From the NCBI RefSeq assembly GCF_006345805.1, contig NC_043013.1, positions 26,412,001 through 26,476,000 of the forward strand: 64,000 bases of DNA, in the 5' to 3' direction. A program made the position numbers and the translations under genes. Source of the stretch: Octopus sinensis (Eukaryota). Below, one piece after another: positions 1 through 12,429 of this stretch. The notes under the pieces are model-generated. The model was not told the origin of the DNA and made no database searches. It worked only from the letters and a program-made list of their open reading frames with translations. How positions within the stretch are numbered: the stretch's first letter is position 1; each line of letters opens with the position of its first letter.

Positions 1-492
1 TTGTTACGCGTATAAAAAAAACTAAAGCAATGGAATTAAATTAATTTAACAATTAAGAAAAAAACTTTAGGGTTAGTGGGGAGGTTTAGGGTTAGTTACA
101 GGATGTTGTCTCAGTTTTAGATGCAGCAAATGATTTTAGTTGAATGGAGGTAATCGATTGGTTAAAATTGCCGAAATGCTCGGATTTTCAGACGAAATAT
201 CTTACAAACTATAGAATTTTCTCAATAAAACCAAGAGAAAATGATGTTTAACTAGATATTGTGTTGACATCTGCCGTTCAAAAGAAAAAGATCCGCAACA
301 TAAAGCTGAATGCTTTACAGCGTTTAATTACATCATCATGTGTTCTGTGTTCAAATCCTGGTACAGTTAACTTTTGATTTTTATTCCATTTCTATTATCA
401 ATTAAATAAATCCATTCAATAGACTAATTGCATTGATTATCCTCTTCCAAAATTTCAGGCTTTGTACCTTAAGTAGGAACGCTTGTTGTAAT

Positions 493-496
<4 letters not shown>

Positions 497-525
<29 letters not shown>

Positions 526-551
526 TATTATTATTATTATTATTATTTATT
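497..551. repeat. (TAC)n/(TAT)n microsatellite
   Basis: Direct reading. Confidence 0.95.
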
Positions 552-552
552 T

Positions 553-700
553 TATGCTCTGAGTTCAAATTCTGCCGAGGTTGACTTTGCCTTTCATCCT
601 TTTGGGATTGATAAAGTAAATAGCATTTAAGCATTGGGGTCAATGTAATCAACTTATCTCTCCCTCCAAATTGCTGGCCTTGTGCCAAAATGTGAAACTA
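553..700 (+). mobile_element. tRNA-derived SINE family A, 5'-truncated
   Basis: TCTGAGTTCAAATTCTGCCGAGGTTGACTTTGCCTTTCATCCTTT..AATTGCTGGCCTTGTGCC. Confidence 0.8.
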
Positions 701-1299
701 TTATCATTTTTCATATCTGGATGTTGGATGGCAGAAACTGTAGTGAGACTAAATACATGTATTTAGTTATGTCCCCTTGTACTTTGAGTTCAAATCCTGC
801 CAGGTTTAACTTTGCTTTTATCTTTTTAGAATTGACCCCTCACTTAGAAATGTGTGACTTGGTGACTACAAAGAAATTATTATTATTGCTATGGTCCTTA
901 TCAATGTTATTATGATGCATAAGCTAAAGAAAATGATGTTGATAACAAATCCCATCAGCTCATCTATCCTGTCATGGGTTGGACAGGTTTTCTGGGTCAG
1001 TGTTTCTGACCAGATGCCCTTCCTTTCACCAACCCTTTTAATCATGTCGTATGACTACAGGATTATAGTGTGTTTATCCTAAAACTGGATATGAGGATAA
1101 CTAACTGTAATATAATAAATATTATTAGATTAATATTTCGGGTCACTGGTTTTCATTTAAGTGGCCTGGGTACAGTTTCAAGCAAGAAAACCCATTATAT
1201 AAATCTGTGAGGGAGACTTTTTACACAGTTATTTGGCTTGTTAGAAATAAAAACCTGTTCACATATTAACGTCATAAAGAAAAGAAAGGCGGATAATGC

Positions 1300-1480
1300 T
1301 ATGAAAAAAAACAAAAAGCATCCAGTACACTCTGTAAAACAACTGGCATCAGGAAGAGCATTCAGTAAGAGTAAGCTTGCCATAGTAACCATTGCAGCCC
1401 TTAGGTTAGTTAGATCCTGTCAAACCATCCGACTCATGCCAGCATGGAACATGGATGTTAAATGACAAGTATGATGATGG
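1300..1480 (+). mobile_element. RTE 3'UTR tail
   Basis: AAAAAGCATCCAGTACACTCTG..AAACCATCCGACTCATGCCAGCATGG..GTTAAATGA. Confidence 0.6.
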
Positions 1481-1513
1481 TGATTATTATTATTATTATT
1501 ATTATTATTGCTA

Positions 1514-1735
1514 AGGCAGCGAGCTGGTAGAATCGTTAACACACTGGGCAAAATGCTTAACAGTATTTTGTCCATTGCTGTGTTCTAAGTTCAAATTTCG
1601 CCGAGGCCGACTTTGTCTTTCATCCTTTCAGGGACGATTAAATAAGTACCAGTTACACACTGGGGTTGATGTAATGGACTTAATTCCCTCCCACAAGTTG
1701 CCCTTGTGGCAAAAATTTGAAATCATTATTATCAT
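1514..1735 (+). mobile_element. tRNA-derived SINE family A
   Basis: AAGGCAGCGAGCTGGTAGAATCG (A box-like) and GTTCAAAT (B box-like), followed by the family A body. Confidence 0.85.
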
Positions 1736-1945
1736 TATTGTTGTGGAAAATTTCAAAAGAGGAGGAAGAAATTTTTTTGTGAGCTGAGTAGAATTGTTAT
1801 TAGCATTTCTCATTAGGGTGATGATTAACTTTGATTAACATTAGAGGTAATAACATTGAACAATCATCATCTCCATTGTCTCAATTCCCATCACTGATAT
1901 ATTATCAGCATAAACATCATTATTAACATTTAGCGTGTTGTTGAC

Positions 1946-2320
1946 TGTGTGGTTAAGAAGTTTGTTTCCTGACCATAGGGTCTTTGGTTCAATCCCACTG
2001 TATGGTACCTTGGGCAAGTGCCTTCTACTCTTGGCCTGGGCCAACCAAACCTTTGGCTGTGGATTTGGTAGATGGAAACTGAAAGTACCTTGGGTGTGTG
2101 TGTGACTTTGTCTTGATATTATGTGATGGTTGTAAATGAGCATCACCATCATACAAGTGAGGTTGTTTGTTTCCAGTCTTCCATGAAAAACATGTCGAGC
2201 TATGAGAAACTATCTCCTTACTTGGAAACAGGTGAGGATTGGTGAAAGGAGGGCATCCACCCATAGAAAATCTACCTCAACAAATCTCATCTGACCTATA
2301 CAAGCATGGAAAAGTAAATA
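1946..2320 (+). mobile_element. tRNA-derived SINE family B
   Basis: GTGTGGTTAAGAAG..GGTTCAATCCCACTG..ACCTTGGGCAAGTG..GGATTTGGTAGATGGAAACTGAAAG. Confidence 0.85.
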
Positions 2321-3008
2321 TTAAATGAGGATGACTTGAGCCATTAAAGTGCTTCATTCTGATTTTATATCTTCTGAATACCATTCAAACAATATGCAGT
2401 TGTGGTTTAGCCCAAGGTAACCATGACTGAGCTGACTTGTGATCAAGAACATTCCATCCATGACAATCCTCTCTTTTTTTTGTATATTCAGATCTATATT
2501 TTCCCATGTGTTCTCTTTTTTTTTTTACTTCTTTTTAATAATGTAAAATAATTTGAAGGAGAGTTGGCTGCTATTTTAGCAGATCAAACCACCATATACA
2601 AACTAACATGTTGATTTAAAATGGTGTGTGTTATTTTGTTTAAGTATTTGATTTGTAAAGATTCTTGATGTGAATTCATGTCGAAACAAAATCTCATTGT
2701 GTCTTGGGAGAGTCCTTATTCCAATCAGAGAGGAAGCATATCATTGATGAAGTCACAAACAGTGACAAACAAAGGGCTTTTGCTAACAACCGACCGGTTG
2801 TTAACTAGAACATTAAACAAACGATCAATTAGTTGGTTAGATATTTAACCAACTGACTGACAATTAACAAGTGATATTGAACCAGTGTGTGTTATTATTG
2901 GTACCATGACCCTTCCAAGACACAATAAGGTGTGTGTTACCTTGATAAATTGTACCAGTTTATATTGTAAATAATGTTTACCAAGAATTTTCGGTTCTTA
3001 ATTTCCAG

Positions 3009-3199
3009 GTCATACACACGGTGGTCAAATGTTTCCCATGATGATAGGAGCCTATCTTATAAATCCCTTCTTTGCTGGACTATACCAGTACCAGGGACGC
3101 AGCTATGTCTATGTATCTGAGGGGACAGTGTATTGGGGTATACCAATGAGAATTGGTAGTTCTATGGAAATAACAGAAGTTCTTCTGACAAATAGATAA
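3009..3199 (+). CDS. TMPPE: Terminal coding exon of transmembrane protein with metallophosphoesterase domain (upstream exons not found in window)
   Basis: Acceptor ATTTCCAG at 3001-3008, phase 1. Translates (G)[62 protein letters not shown], with TAA at 3197-3199. Matches the TMPPE C-terminus as I recall it (GHTHx[10 protein letters not shown]..VYVSxGT.YxGIPMRxGS..EITE). Missing from the ORF track because it lacks its own start. Confidence 0.9.
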
Positions 3200-3304
3200 T
3201 AAAACGCAAAAGCAAAAACAACAGGTAATTATTCTTAGAATTCTAATTAATTCTGTACGTTCTCCCCACACACAGACAGGTGTATAAAGTATACCATTCT
3301 CTAT

Positions 3305-3482
3305 GCCTTGCTTTCTTTCTCTCTTTCTGGCTCTGTCTTCCTTTCTCTCTTCCTTTTTCTTTCTCTGTGTCCCTTTCCCTTTCTGTCTTTTATCTTTTTC
3401 TGTCCCTTTCTCTCTCTTTCTCTTTTTTCACTCTCTATCTTTCTCCCTCTTTCCCTCCCTCTCTCCATCCCCTCTCTCTCAT
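3305..3482. repeat. CT-rich low-complexity tract
   Basis: Direct reading. Confidence 0.9.
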
Positions 3483-3799
3483 ACACACATGCACTTACAT
3501 ATTTATTAGCATCATCATCCACTTTGTAAAATAAGGTTAATTTTACCATCTCGTATTCAGTTGTGTTATAAGTGTTCATTAACGATGTGGCCCTGCAAGA
3601 AAGAGAGAGAGATGATGATGTCTGACCAGAATATAAACTCACTGCTGGTCCCCTCTATATCTGAATTCTAGTAGAATGCATGAATCTGAGGTTAAGGAGT
3701 TTGATTTCCAGCCACCTGATTCCAGTATCAATCTTACTACACTGCAGCTTTGAGAAGTGCCTTCTACAACAGCCTTGCTTTGACAAGTGTCTTGTGAGT

Positions 3800-3990
3800 G
3801 AATTTCAAAAGTGTGACCTCTATAGCAGTACCATCGTGTGCAAAGGAGAAATCAAATATGTTGAATATGCATTTGAACATGGCAATAGAGCTGCCGGAAG
3901 GCATTTTAATATTAATGTAGCCAATGTTCGAAGCTGGCGTAAATGGTATGACAAACTTAAAACTGTGCCTAGTAATAAACAGACAAAAGT
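3800..3990 (+). mobile_element. pogo-family transposase N-terminal (Brinker-type HTH) remnant
   Basis: YSSTIVCKGEIKYVEYAFEHGNRAAGRHFNINVANVRSWRK. Confidence 0.65.
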
Positions 3991-4499
3991 AAAAACATAC
4001 AATCAAGATTATCCATATCATTACATTTTTTTTCAGTCAGGAATATCCATATCACTATGTATGTCAATGGTGCTCCATTGCGATAGGTAGAAACTCCAAG
4101 CAATATAAAATATGGCCTGGACCGTGATTACCAGTATGAACATCAGACATCAATAAGTAGTTTACCATTTAATGGTTTTAATAAATTTATACAGAAAAAG
4201 TAAGCATTATACCATCCAGCATAAATCATTATATTTAAGCCGTTATTTTTCCGTAAAAACCTTTTCTGATATTAAATGAGTCAGCTTCCAGTTTGAATGT
4301 TTACATTTTGTACATCTTTTTTCAACAAAAAAAATTTCAAAAAAGTTCTGGAAATGATCTGCTCACATAATTTACACATCCACTAAAGTCTATTTTTATT
4401 TTTGTGAAAAAAGTGTGCAAATTACACGAGTTTTTACGATTATTGAAATAACACACCTCACATCCTCTTGTTGCATAATTCCTGGTCCTAAATATTTTG

Positions 4500-4750
4500 G
4501 TACTGCAAGTGGTTGGCATTTGGAAGGGCATCTGGCTGTAAAAAGCATGTGAAAACTGACCTCACCTATGCTGGTGCCACATAAAAAGCCCTCAGTCCAC
4601 TCTGCTGGGTGGTTGGTTTCAGGAAATGCCTCCAGCAGTAAAAACCATGCCAAAACAGATGCTGAAGCTTGATGCAGTCTTCTACCCAGCCACCTCCTAT
4701 CAAACCATCCAACTCATGCCAGCATGGAAAGCAAACTTGAAATGATGATT
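4500..4750 (+). mobile_element. RTE 3'UTR tail
   Basis: GGAAGGGCATCTGGCTGTAAAAAGC..GGTGCCACATAAAAAGC..AAACCATCCAACTCATGCCAGCATGG. Confidence 0.65.
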
Positions 4751-5016
4751 GCCAGCTCTCTACTCTATACAATTATTATGCTTTGTCTCCTGCCCCTCCA
4801 AATTGGCTATACAGGTGATGAATGCTATTCTCTTAAGAATGTCCCATCATCATCACTCATGCAATCAAATCCCACCATTCTACAATCTTTAAGTGATTCA
4901 CTCAGAGCAAAACAAGTGAAGAATGCACCCCACAACAACTTAGAGCATGTAACCTCCCACCACAAATATTGAATGTGATAAGACAATCAAAAGCAAAAGA
5001 TTCTTCTATATGTATA

Positions 5017-5185
5017 GGCACAGGCATATGGTTGTGTGGTGAGAAGCTGGCTTCTCAACTGCATGGTTTTGGGTTCAGTCCCACTGTGGTACATTGGGCA
5101 AGTGTCTTCTGCTATAGTCCCAGGCCAACTAAAGCCTTATGAGTGAATTTGGTGCACAGAAACTGAACTGTAAGAAGCCCATCAC
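5017..5185 (+). mobile_element. SINE family B
   Basis: GGTTCAGTCCCACTG..TTGGGCAAGTGTCTTCT..AAAGCCTTATGAGTG. Confidence 0.8.
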
Positions 5186-5189
5186 AAGA

Positions 5190-5800
5190 TAGGCTCCATC
5201 AAATGCCAGCAAGAAAAAACTAAAAGTCGTTGATAGCTTCAGTTACCGAGGTGACCAAGTCAGTAGCAGGGGTGGATGCTCTGAGAGCATATCTGCTAGA
5301 ATAATAATAGGTTGGGCAAAGTTCAGAGAACCCGTACCTCTGTTGGTAACAAAGGGCCTCTCCTTCAGAGTGAAAGGCAGATTATACCTCTCTCTGAACA
5401 GTCATGTTACATGGCAATGAAACATGGGCTGTGACTGCTGAGGACATGCATAGGCTTAAAAGAAATGAAGCCAGTATGCTTCACTCGAAGTATAATTTCA
5501 GTGTGCATGTATGACAGAGTATAAGCGTCTTGAGAGAAAAGTTGGGCATAAGACGAATTAGATGTGGTGCACAAGAGAGACAAATGGTGGTGCAGCATCT
5601 GGTGCACAAGAGACAACTGGTCATGTGATGTGTATGTGGACAGTTGTGTGAAGAAGTGCCAATCTCTATCAGTGGAAGGAAGCTATGGAAGAGGGAAATC
5701 CTAGAAGACATGGGACAAGGTGGTTAAGCATGATCTTCAAATGTTGGCCCTCATAGAAGCAATGACTAGTGACCAAGATCTCTGGCGATGTGTTGCATGT
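5190..5800 (+). mobile_element. RTE LINE 3' ORF fragment
   Basis: VVDSFSY.GDQVSS.GGCSESI.ARI.IGWAKFRE..LLVTKGLSFRVKGRLY followed by a GRGKS..TW region. Confidence 0.75.
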
Positions 5801-5879
5801 AAAAAGCACCTTCTGTACTCTGGGCCTCACCTATCGAACCAAGTGGAATCATATTTGTGGCAAATATTGGTGGCATGCA

Positions 5880-6070
5880 AACTGATAACCATGCCAGCGG
5901 CACGTAAAAGCACTCATTACACTCTCAGAGTGGTTGGCGTTAGGAAGGTCACCCAACCATAGAAACCATGCCAAATCAGACTAGAGTCTGGCGCAGCCCC
6001 TCAGCATACCAGCCCTAGTCAAACTGTCCAACCCATGCCAGCATGGGCAACGGATGTTAAATGATGATGA
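5880..6070 (+). mobile_element. RTE 3'UTR tail with (GAT)n
   Basis: TACACTCTCAGAGTGGTTGGCGTTAGGAAGG...CCAACCCATGCCAGCATGG...TTAAATGATGATG. Confidence 0.75.
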
Positions 6071-8020
6071 TGAGTCATCACGGTTTTACATTTGTTTTCC
6101 ATATTGGCATGGGTCAGACACACACATAAGTAAGTGTATTTGTTTGTGTCCCCCAGCACCACTTTACGACCAGTGTTGGTTTGTTTATGTCCCCATAATT
6201 ACCTCATAATTATTTGGCAAAAGAAACCGATAGAATAAGTACTAGGCTTGAAAGAAAAAATATTCTGGAGTCAATTTGTTCAACTAAACCCTTCAAGGTG
6301 ATTCTACAGCATGGCCACAGTCCAAGTAAAAGGTAAGAAAAAAGATAAAAGACATCCCTCACCTTGCAAGATCTCTTATGTACAGAATTGCATGAGACTA
6401 TGGCAAGAGAGTCTCTATTAACTTTTCAAGAACACCCCTACACTCCACTTATCTACTAAGATAGCACTTCTTAGCACTCTTTCTAGCAAAACCACTGCAT
6501 TTACTGTCTACTTTACTTCAAACTATACTCATTATAAATCTCCTTCCAATTTCTCTTCAACATTTATACATCAGTGCCTGTAAGAAGTCTAAACCATTTC
6601 AACCAACCATTTTCTAAAATAGATTCAATATTTTATTTTCAGATGTGCATCTTGTGATCTCAAAGAATATCTTCTGAAACAATCTTAAACAAAAGAAACA
6701 AAGAAAATGTTTTTGACATTCGTTTTACCATAAAAGAAAATGCTACTTGATGATCTCGCAGGTGTCAGAACAGGAATATGATCAACATAAACAGCAGCTG
6801 ATTCTAAGAGTCATTTGCTATGAACACTGTGAAAGTCATGAGTCTACTAAATAATAGTAGTGTGTGTGTGTGTGTGTGGACACATTTATGTGATTGTGTA
6901 TGTATACATGCATGTGTGCGTGTATGTTGTAAAACAACAACTCCCAGTGATCAAAGAATAATTCCTTTATATGAATGGATTAAGAAGCTGAAACATTCCA
7001 GAACATTTCAGTGTTATATTGTTTGTAAATTTTAAATTATCATCTATGTGTCCTAGTAAATTATTTCACTTTGGTTAATCATATCTTTCCGAAACCTCAC
7101 TTCTACAGATTTACAGATTTTCCCATTTTCTTTAAGCAATTTGTGATTGTTATGGCTTCCTGCATTTTAAGAATACAAAAACCTCCTGCAGTATATTCAT
7201 GTTATTTATGCAAAATATATTGTCTTTTTTAGTTCTTAAACTTTAAATACTAATTGCTCATCTAGTGTGTGTATGTGATTGTACTTGCTTTTATTATTTA
7301 CAAAAGAAACCGATGGTGGCACTTATAGATTCCATTGAAAACCCTTATTGTTCTTTGCTAATTCATGGAACTTTGAAGAAGATCAGACTTCCTAGGCCAA
7401 CCTCGCTGTCTATTTTTCCCTCAAATATATTTGGTTGCTCAATTTCGAACAGAATATCGTGTGCATCAGCCTTACTAGTCTAGAAAAGTTTATAATGAAT
7501 GGTATTGTGTTTTTACTCCTTCCTCATGCTAAATAACAAAAAACAAACCTCCTGCTAGAGTTGTCTAAACTACTCACTTGTTTATATATATATATATATC
7601 ACCAGACCATCAGACGTTGTTACACATCGCTGGTCACAATGCGTTCGCATTGTTTTAGCCTTTGAATGACGCCACCCCGCTGGCTAAGCGAGCAGGCCAA
7701 TATATATATATATATATATATATATGCATTTTATTTTTTATTTGATTAATCTTTTTACCATTCATCTTCACTTCAGTTTCGATTTATCTGCTCATTAGTC
7801 ATCTTCACATGCCACATTTTCTACAAGCACTTTTTGGAACATACAGAGATGCATTTACATATACAGACACAATAACTCTCTGACAAACAGACAAACAAGA
7901 CTGTATGCTAGAACTTGTATTGTTAACACAAGATATCAGTGGTCTTGTCTGACATGACAGTCTCATATAGGTGTTTTGGAACTTTTGAACTACAAATAAA
8001 GGTTTGACAATAAAATTTTG

Positions 8021-8056
<36 letters not shown>

Positions 8057-8197
8057 TTATCATCATTTAACATCCACTTTTCCATGCTTGCATGAGTCAG
8101 ATGGAATTTGTCAAAGTAGATTTTCTATATCAGGATGTCCCTTTTGTTGCCAAGCCTCGCTTATTTCCAATGGTAACAAACTGGCAGAATCCTTAGT

Positions 8198-8382
8198 CCA
8201 CCATGCAAAATGCTTAGTGCCATTTCATCTGTGTACATTCTGAGTTCAAATTCTGCCATGGTCAACCTTGTCTTTCATCCCTTTGGGATTGATAAAACAA
8301 GTGCCAGTTGAGCACTGAGGTCAATATAATCCACTTACCCCTCCCCTAAAATTGCTGGCCTTGTGTCAAAATTCGAAACCAA
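8198..8382 (+). mobile_element. SINE family A
   Basis: CTGGCAGAATC..TCTGAGTTCAAATTC..TTTCATCC..CCTTGTGTCAAAATTCGAAACC. Confidence 0.85.
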
Positions 8383-8389
8383 TATTTCA

Positions 8390-8660
8390 CCATGGAAGAC
8401 TGGAAACAAGCAACACTGCTTTATGAGATAATGATTCTCATTTGCAGCCATCACATGATGTCAAGATAACGACACAGACATATACACACATACACACACA
8501 CATATAAAACTGGGTGTTTTCAGTTTCCATCAACCAAATCTAGTCACAAGGCTTTGGTTCACCTAGAGTTATAGTAGAAGACACTTGCCCGAGTTGTCAT
8601 ACAGTAGGATTGAACCCAATATATTATAGTTGGGAACAAACTTTTTAACCACACAGCCAA
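8390..8660 (-). mobile_element. SINE family B
   Basis: TTTCAGTTTCCATC..CACAAGGCTTTGG..AGAAGACACTTGCCC..TTGAACCC. Confidence 0.8.
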
Positions 8661-11019
8661 GTCTGCATTATATATGATGGACTCTCCTGTAAAAGATGAT
8701 ATCTGAGCATTCAGCTTTTGCCAAACGATCTGCTCAAATGATTTGTTTATAGTGACCAAATGTATGTACTGTACATTAGCTCCTTGCTCTGTCTCCATCA
8801 AATCGACATTGCATGAACAGGTGCACTGTGTACCACATGTCAGATGTTGAAGTGATCGTAGAGCGACATGAGACGAATTGTTTTGATAAAGGACACAACA
8901 CACCACCCGGTCTAGGGATTGAAACCACGATCTTGCAATCAGGAGTGCAACACCCTAACCACTAGGCCATGCATTCTCAAGCATTACACACATACATGTA
9001 CACACACTTTTGAATGTTGATCCTGATGAGACATGAACATGTAATCCTCAGCTCCAGAGGCTGATGCCTTATTTATATATATATATATGTGATATATATA
9101 AGGATTACTGATTGGTGGTGGGGATGGGGATATTCTGGTAGAAATTGTAAAACACCCAGATATGGTACTTCATGATCATGAAAGTGATACGGTAAAGTAT
9201 ATAGAAATCCCTTTTTGACTTGGCAAAATGGAAATGCTTATAAGAGAGGTGCTATGGTCACTTGAGTTATTTCAGTCTATGTCTATTGCTGACATGGCAC
9301 AATGGAAATTAGCAAGGAGTCTTATGAGGTTTGAACTCAGAAAGAGAGAGAGAGAGAGATGATACTTGAGACTAGTGTTTTGAAACTGTAGATAAAAGTT
9401 GTATGCTGTGAGGAAGGAATATCTACTCCTTCAATAGAACTCTTCATTGGAGAGAGAGAGAGATGAAGTATTTGCTAGTATTGTGGGATAAATAGATTGG
9501 AAGTAGAAAGGTTAAAAGAACAATAGTATAACAGCGAAGAATAGAGTTGGAGGTAAAGAAGGAAAGAGAGAGAAATAAGGAGAAGCATGTGTTCGTCGAG
9601 TGGATAAAGATAAATGAAAGTGAAGGCAAAAAAAGAATGTCAGTTGATTTGACAAACATTGAAAGAGGAAGTGAGAATATAAGGAAACACTAATCAAACA
9701 CAGACATGCACCACCACCCCACACACATACATGTCTGCATGTGTGTGCACATGCACAAGCATTACATATAGTATGTGTACATGTATATTGGTACACGTTT
9801 TGTGTGTATGCATGTATATATTTAAGTAAGTTGTATGTGTGTATATATATATGTATGTACGTAGTGTGATTGACAGCACATATATACCATGTGTGTAACA
9901 ACAGAATTAGCAACAGATGCCCAATAAACATAAAATCAACAAATATTGAGTGCACTTTTGTTTTTGTTTATAAACATAAACCTCTGTGTGTTAAGGGAAT
10001 GTATGTTTGATAAAAGTATACGTTAACAGGTGTCATCATTACAGTGTAACATGTCACAGATGATTTCTTTAGGATAAATAGCTTCTCAGCTAAAACCTTG
10101 CAAGCCAAAGAACTGTAATAGGTAATGAGATGAAGAACTGCAGCGAGCAGAAACCCCAAATAAAACTGATAGAGGGGTCTTTTAGTCCTCTCACATGAGA
10201 CAACCTTTCTAATGCCAGAAGTGTTACAGAATGTACTTTGGCCACTCCATACAACAGACATAAAAATGAAATCAGTTGATTTTTCTCTTTGCTTTATGTA
10301 TAATATGGTGCAGACCATGAGGAGTAATGTCCAATTCCACCTGTGTCAGCATTGAAAAATAGAGCTAATGTGATGATGATGTATGTATGTGTCTAGACAC
10401 ATGTAAAGATATGTCTATACAAAAATGTAATATATAAACAGAATCCAAGGAACTGGGGTAGCCAGTGTCAGCAAAAGATATACATTGTAATTCATGAGTT
10501 GGGAAACGAAGAGAGGAATCTGACATTTTTGGACTGACCATTTGAGAGAGAAGGAGAGAAAAGCTGAAGTCAAGTATCAAATGTCAGATTGCTTTTTTCC
10601 CCATAACATACAAACTTTTCTGTATATGTGTGTGTTACATATATATCCTTATCATCATCATCATCATTGTCATCTTAGCATGCACCTTTCCATGTTTACC
10701 TGGGTAGATGGAGTTTATTGAGGCAGATTTTCTGCAGCTAGATGAACTTCCTGTTGCCAACCCTTGTTTCCAAAGAAGGTGATATTTCTTGATAAGCAGA
10801 AATGTTTTTGCAGAATATTGGAAATGAATGATACTGCTTGTATAACAGTGATACTTATTTACAGCTGTCAAGCTATATCAAGAAAAGGATATATATAAAC
10901 TCACACATGCATGTGTATGTGTGTGTATATAAATATACACAATCATTTAATGTCTTCCTTCCATGCTGGCATAGGCTGGACGGTTTGACAGATAGTTTGA
11001 GTGTGGCTGCTGCCAGTAC

Positions 11020-11200
11020 CACCTCACTGGCACATAAAAGCACCCACTACACTCTTGGAGTGGTTGGCACTAGGAAGGACATGAAGCAGTAGAAAGTCTG
11101 CCAGGTCAGATTGAAACCTGGTACAGCCATCTGGTTCGCCAGTCCTCAGTCAAATCATCCAACTCATGCTAGCATGGAAAGCGGACGTCAGACAATGATG
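11020..11200 (+). mobile_element. RTE 3'UTR tail
   Basis: TGGCACATAAAAGCACCCACTACACTCTTGGAGTGGTTGGC..CCAACTCATGCTAGCATGGAAAGCGGACGT. Confidence 0.7.
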
Positions 11201-12429
11201 ATAGTTAGTGAAGATATTACATACATGATCGACAGATCATGGATTCAATTCCTGGACTGTGCAGTGTGTTGTGTTTTTGAACAAAATATTTCATTTTACA
11301 TTGCTCCTCAGGTGGGAGAGTAACAGAATTGTTGGCCCATCTGCAGAGATGCCTTATGATATATCTTCTGGTTCTCTACATTCTGAATTCAAATCTCAGC
11401 TGCCTGGAGAAGGCAACAGGAAACCACTCCAGTGTTCATCCCAAATCTAGTCATGGAAGCTGAAATTCCAGTCATTTACTTAATGGTGGCAGGAGAAGGC
11501 ATGGGCCCTCCCTAGTCAGAGAGTACGGGAGAAGGTTCGCATACACAGGACCTGCCCAAGGGCAGACCACCACTCGACTATATATGTATTATTTCATTTT
11601 ATTTTGTTCCTTTGCAAGGGACATCAATTTCAGCTTAGTTCTGAATCTGTTTTATTATTAATGTGTAATCTCACAACTCGGTCATCTTACATTGCCCTGT
11701 TTCCTCTCAGCTCAACAATAACTATCATACTTGTTACTATTATTAGTATTAGTAGTAGTAGTAGTAAATGTATTTTCGTTGTTAATTTTACAGTAGTTTT
11801 CATTAAGCTTTTTTAACAGCATTAAAGAACACAGCAATAAATATGTCTACTATTTTATCCCCTTCTGATCATCCACCACCACTGCCACCTCTATGGAGGA
11901 TGTACATGTTTTATTCCCCCTGGCAATTCAAAACCACCCCTTCCTCCCATGTATATGTGTACATGTATTTGTATGTCTGTGCATGAGTGTGTGCATATAT
12001 ATATGTATGTATGTATACACACATATACATATGTAGGTGGCGTGGCTATATGGGTATACATGTGTAATCTATATGTTTGGTATGTGTATATGTGAGAGTG
12101 CATATATATATATATACGTATGTATATTCATGAAGCATTGGTGGGTTATGTATGTGCACATTTAGATTCACCATTGCTTAAGGCCACTAAGTGCCTAATT
12201 AAAATATCCCCACTTCTTCAACCCTTGCTGATCCCCTCACCTCTGCATGCAGTTCCTTGTACCTGAAGATTTTATAGGGATGAGGAAAGTGTAATTTGTT
12301 GAATAACAAATACTTGTTTCACTGGACATGTGCAAATATGCTTTGCATGTTGACATTCTTAAGATTTTTTCCAGATGCCAAAAACAATCCCCAATTACTG
12401 CCCCACTCTTCCAAAATCCACTTCCTTAG

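Noticed and set aside
60-100. TTAGGG telomere-like words
   Set aside because: Only two isolated TTAGGGTTAG motifs within what looks like an interspersed repeat. Not a telomeric array.
1514-1600. tRNA gene candidates at SINE heads (also 26440-26500, 28520-28590)
   Set aside because: A and B box-like motifs are present, but there is no complete cloverleaf and each runs into a multi-copy SINE body.
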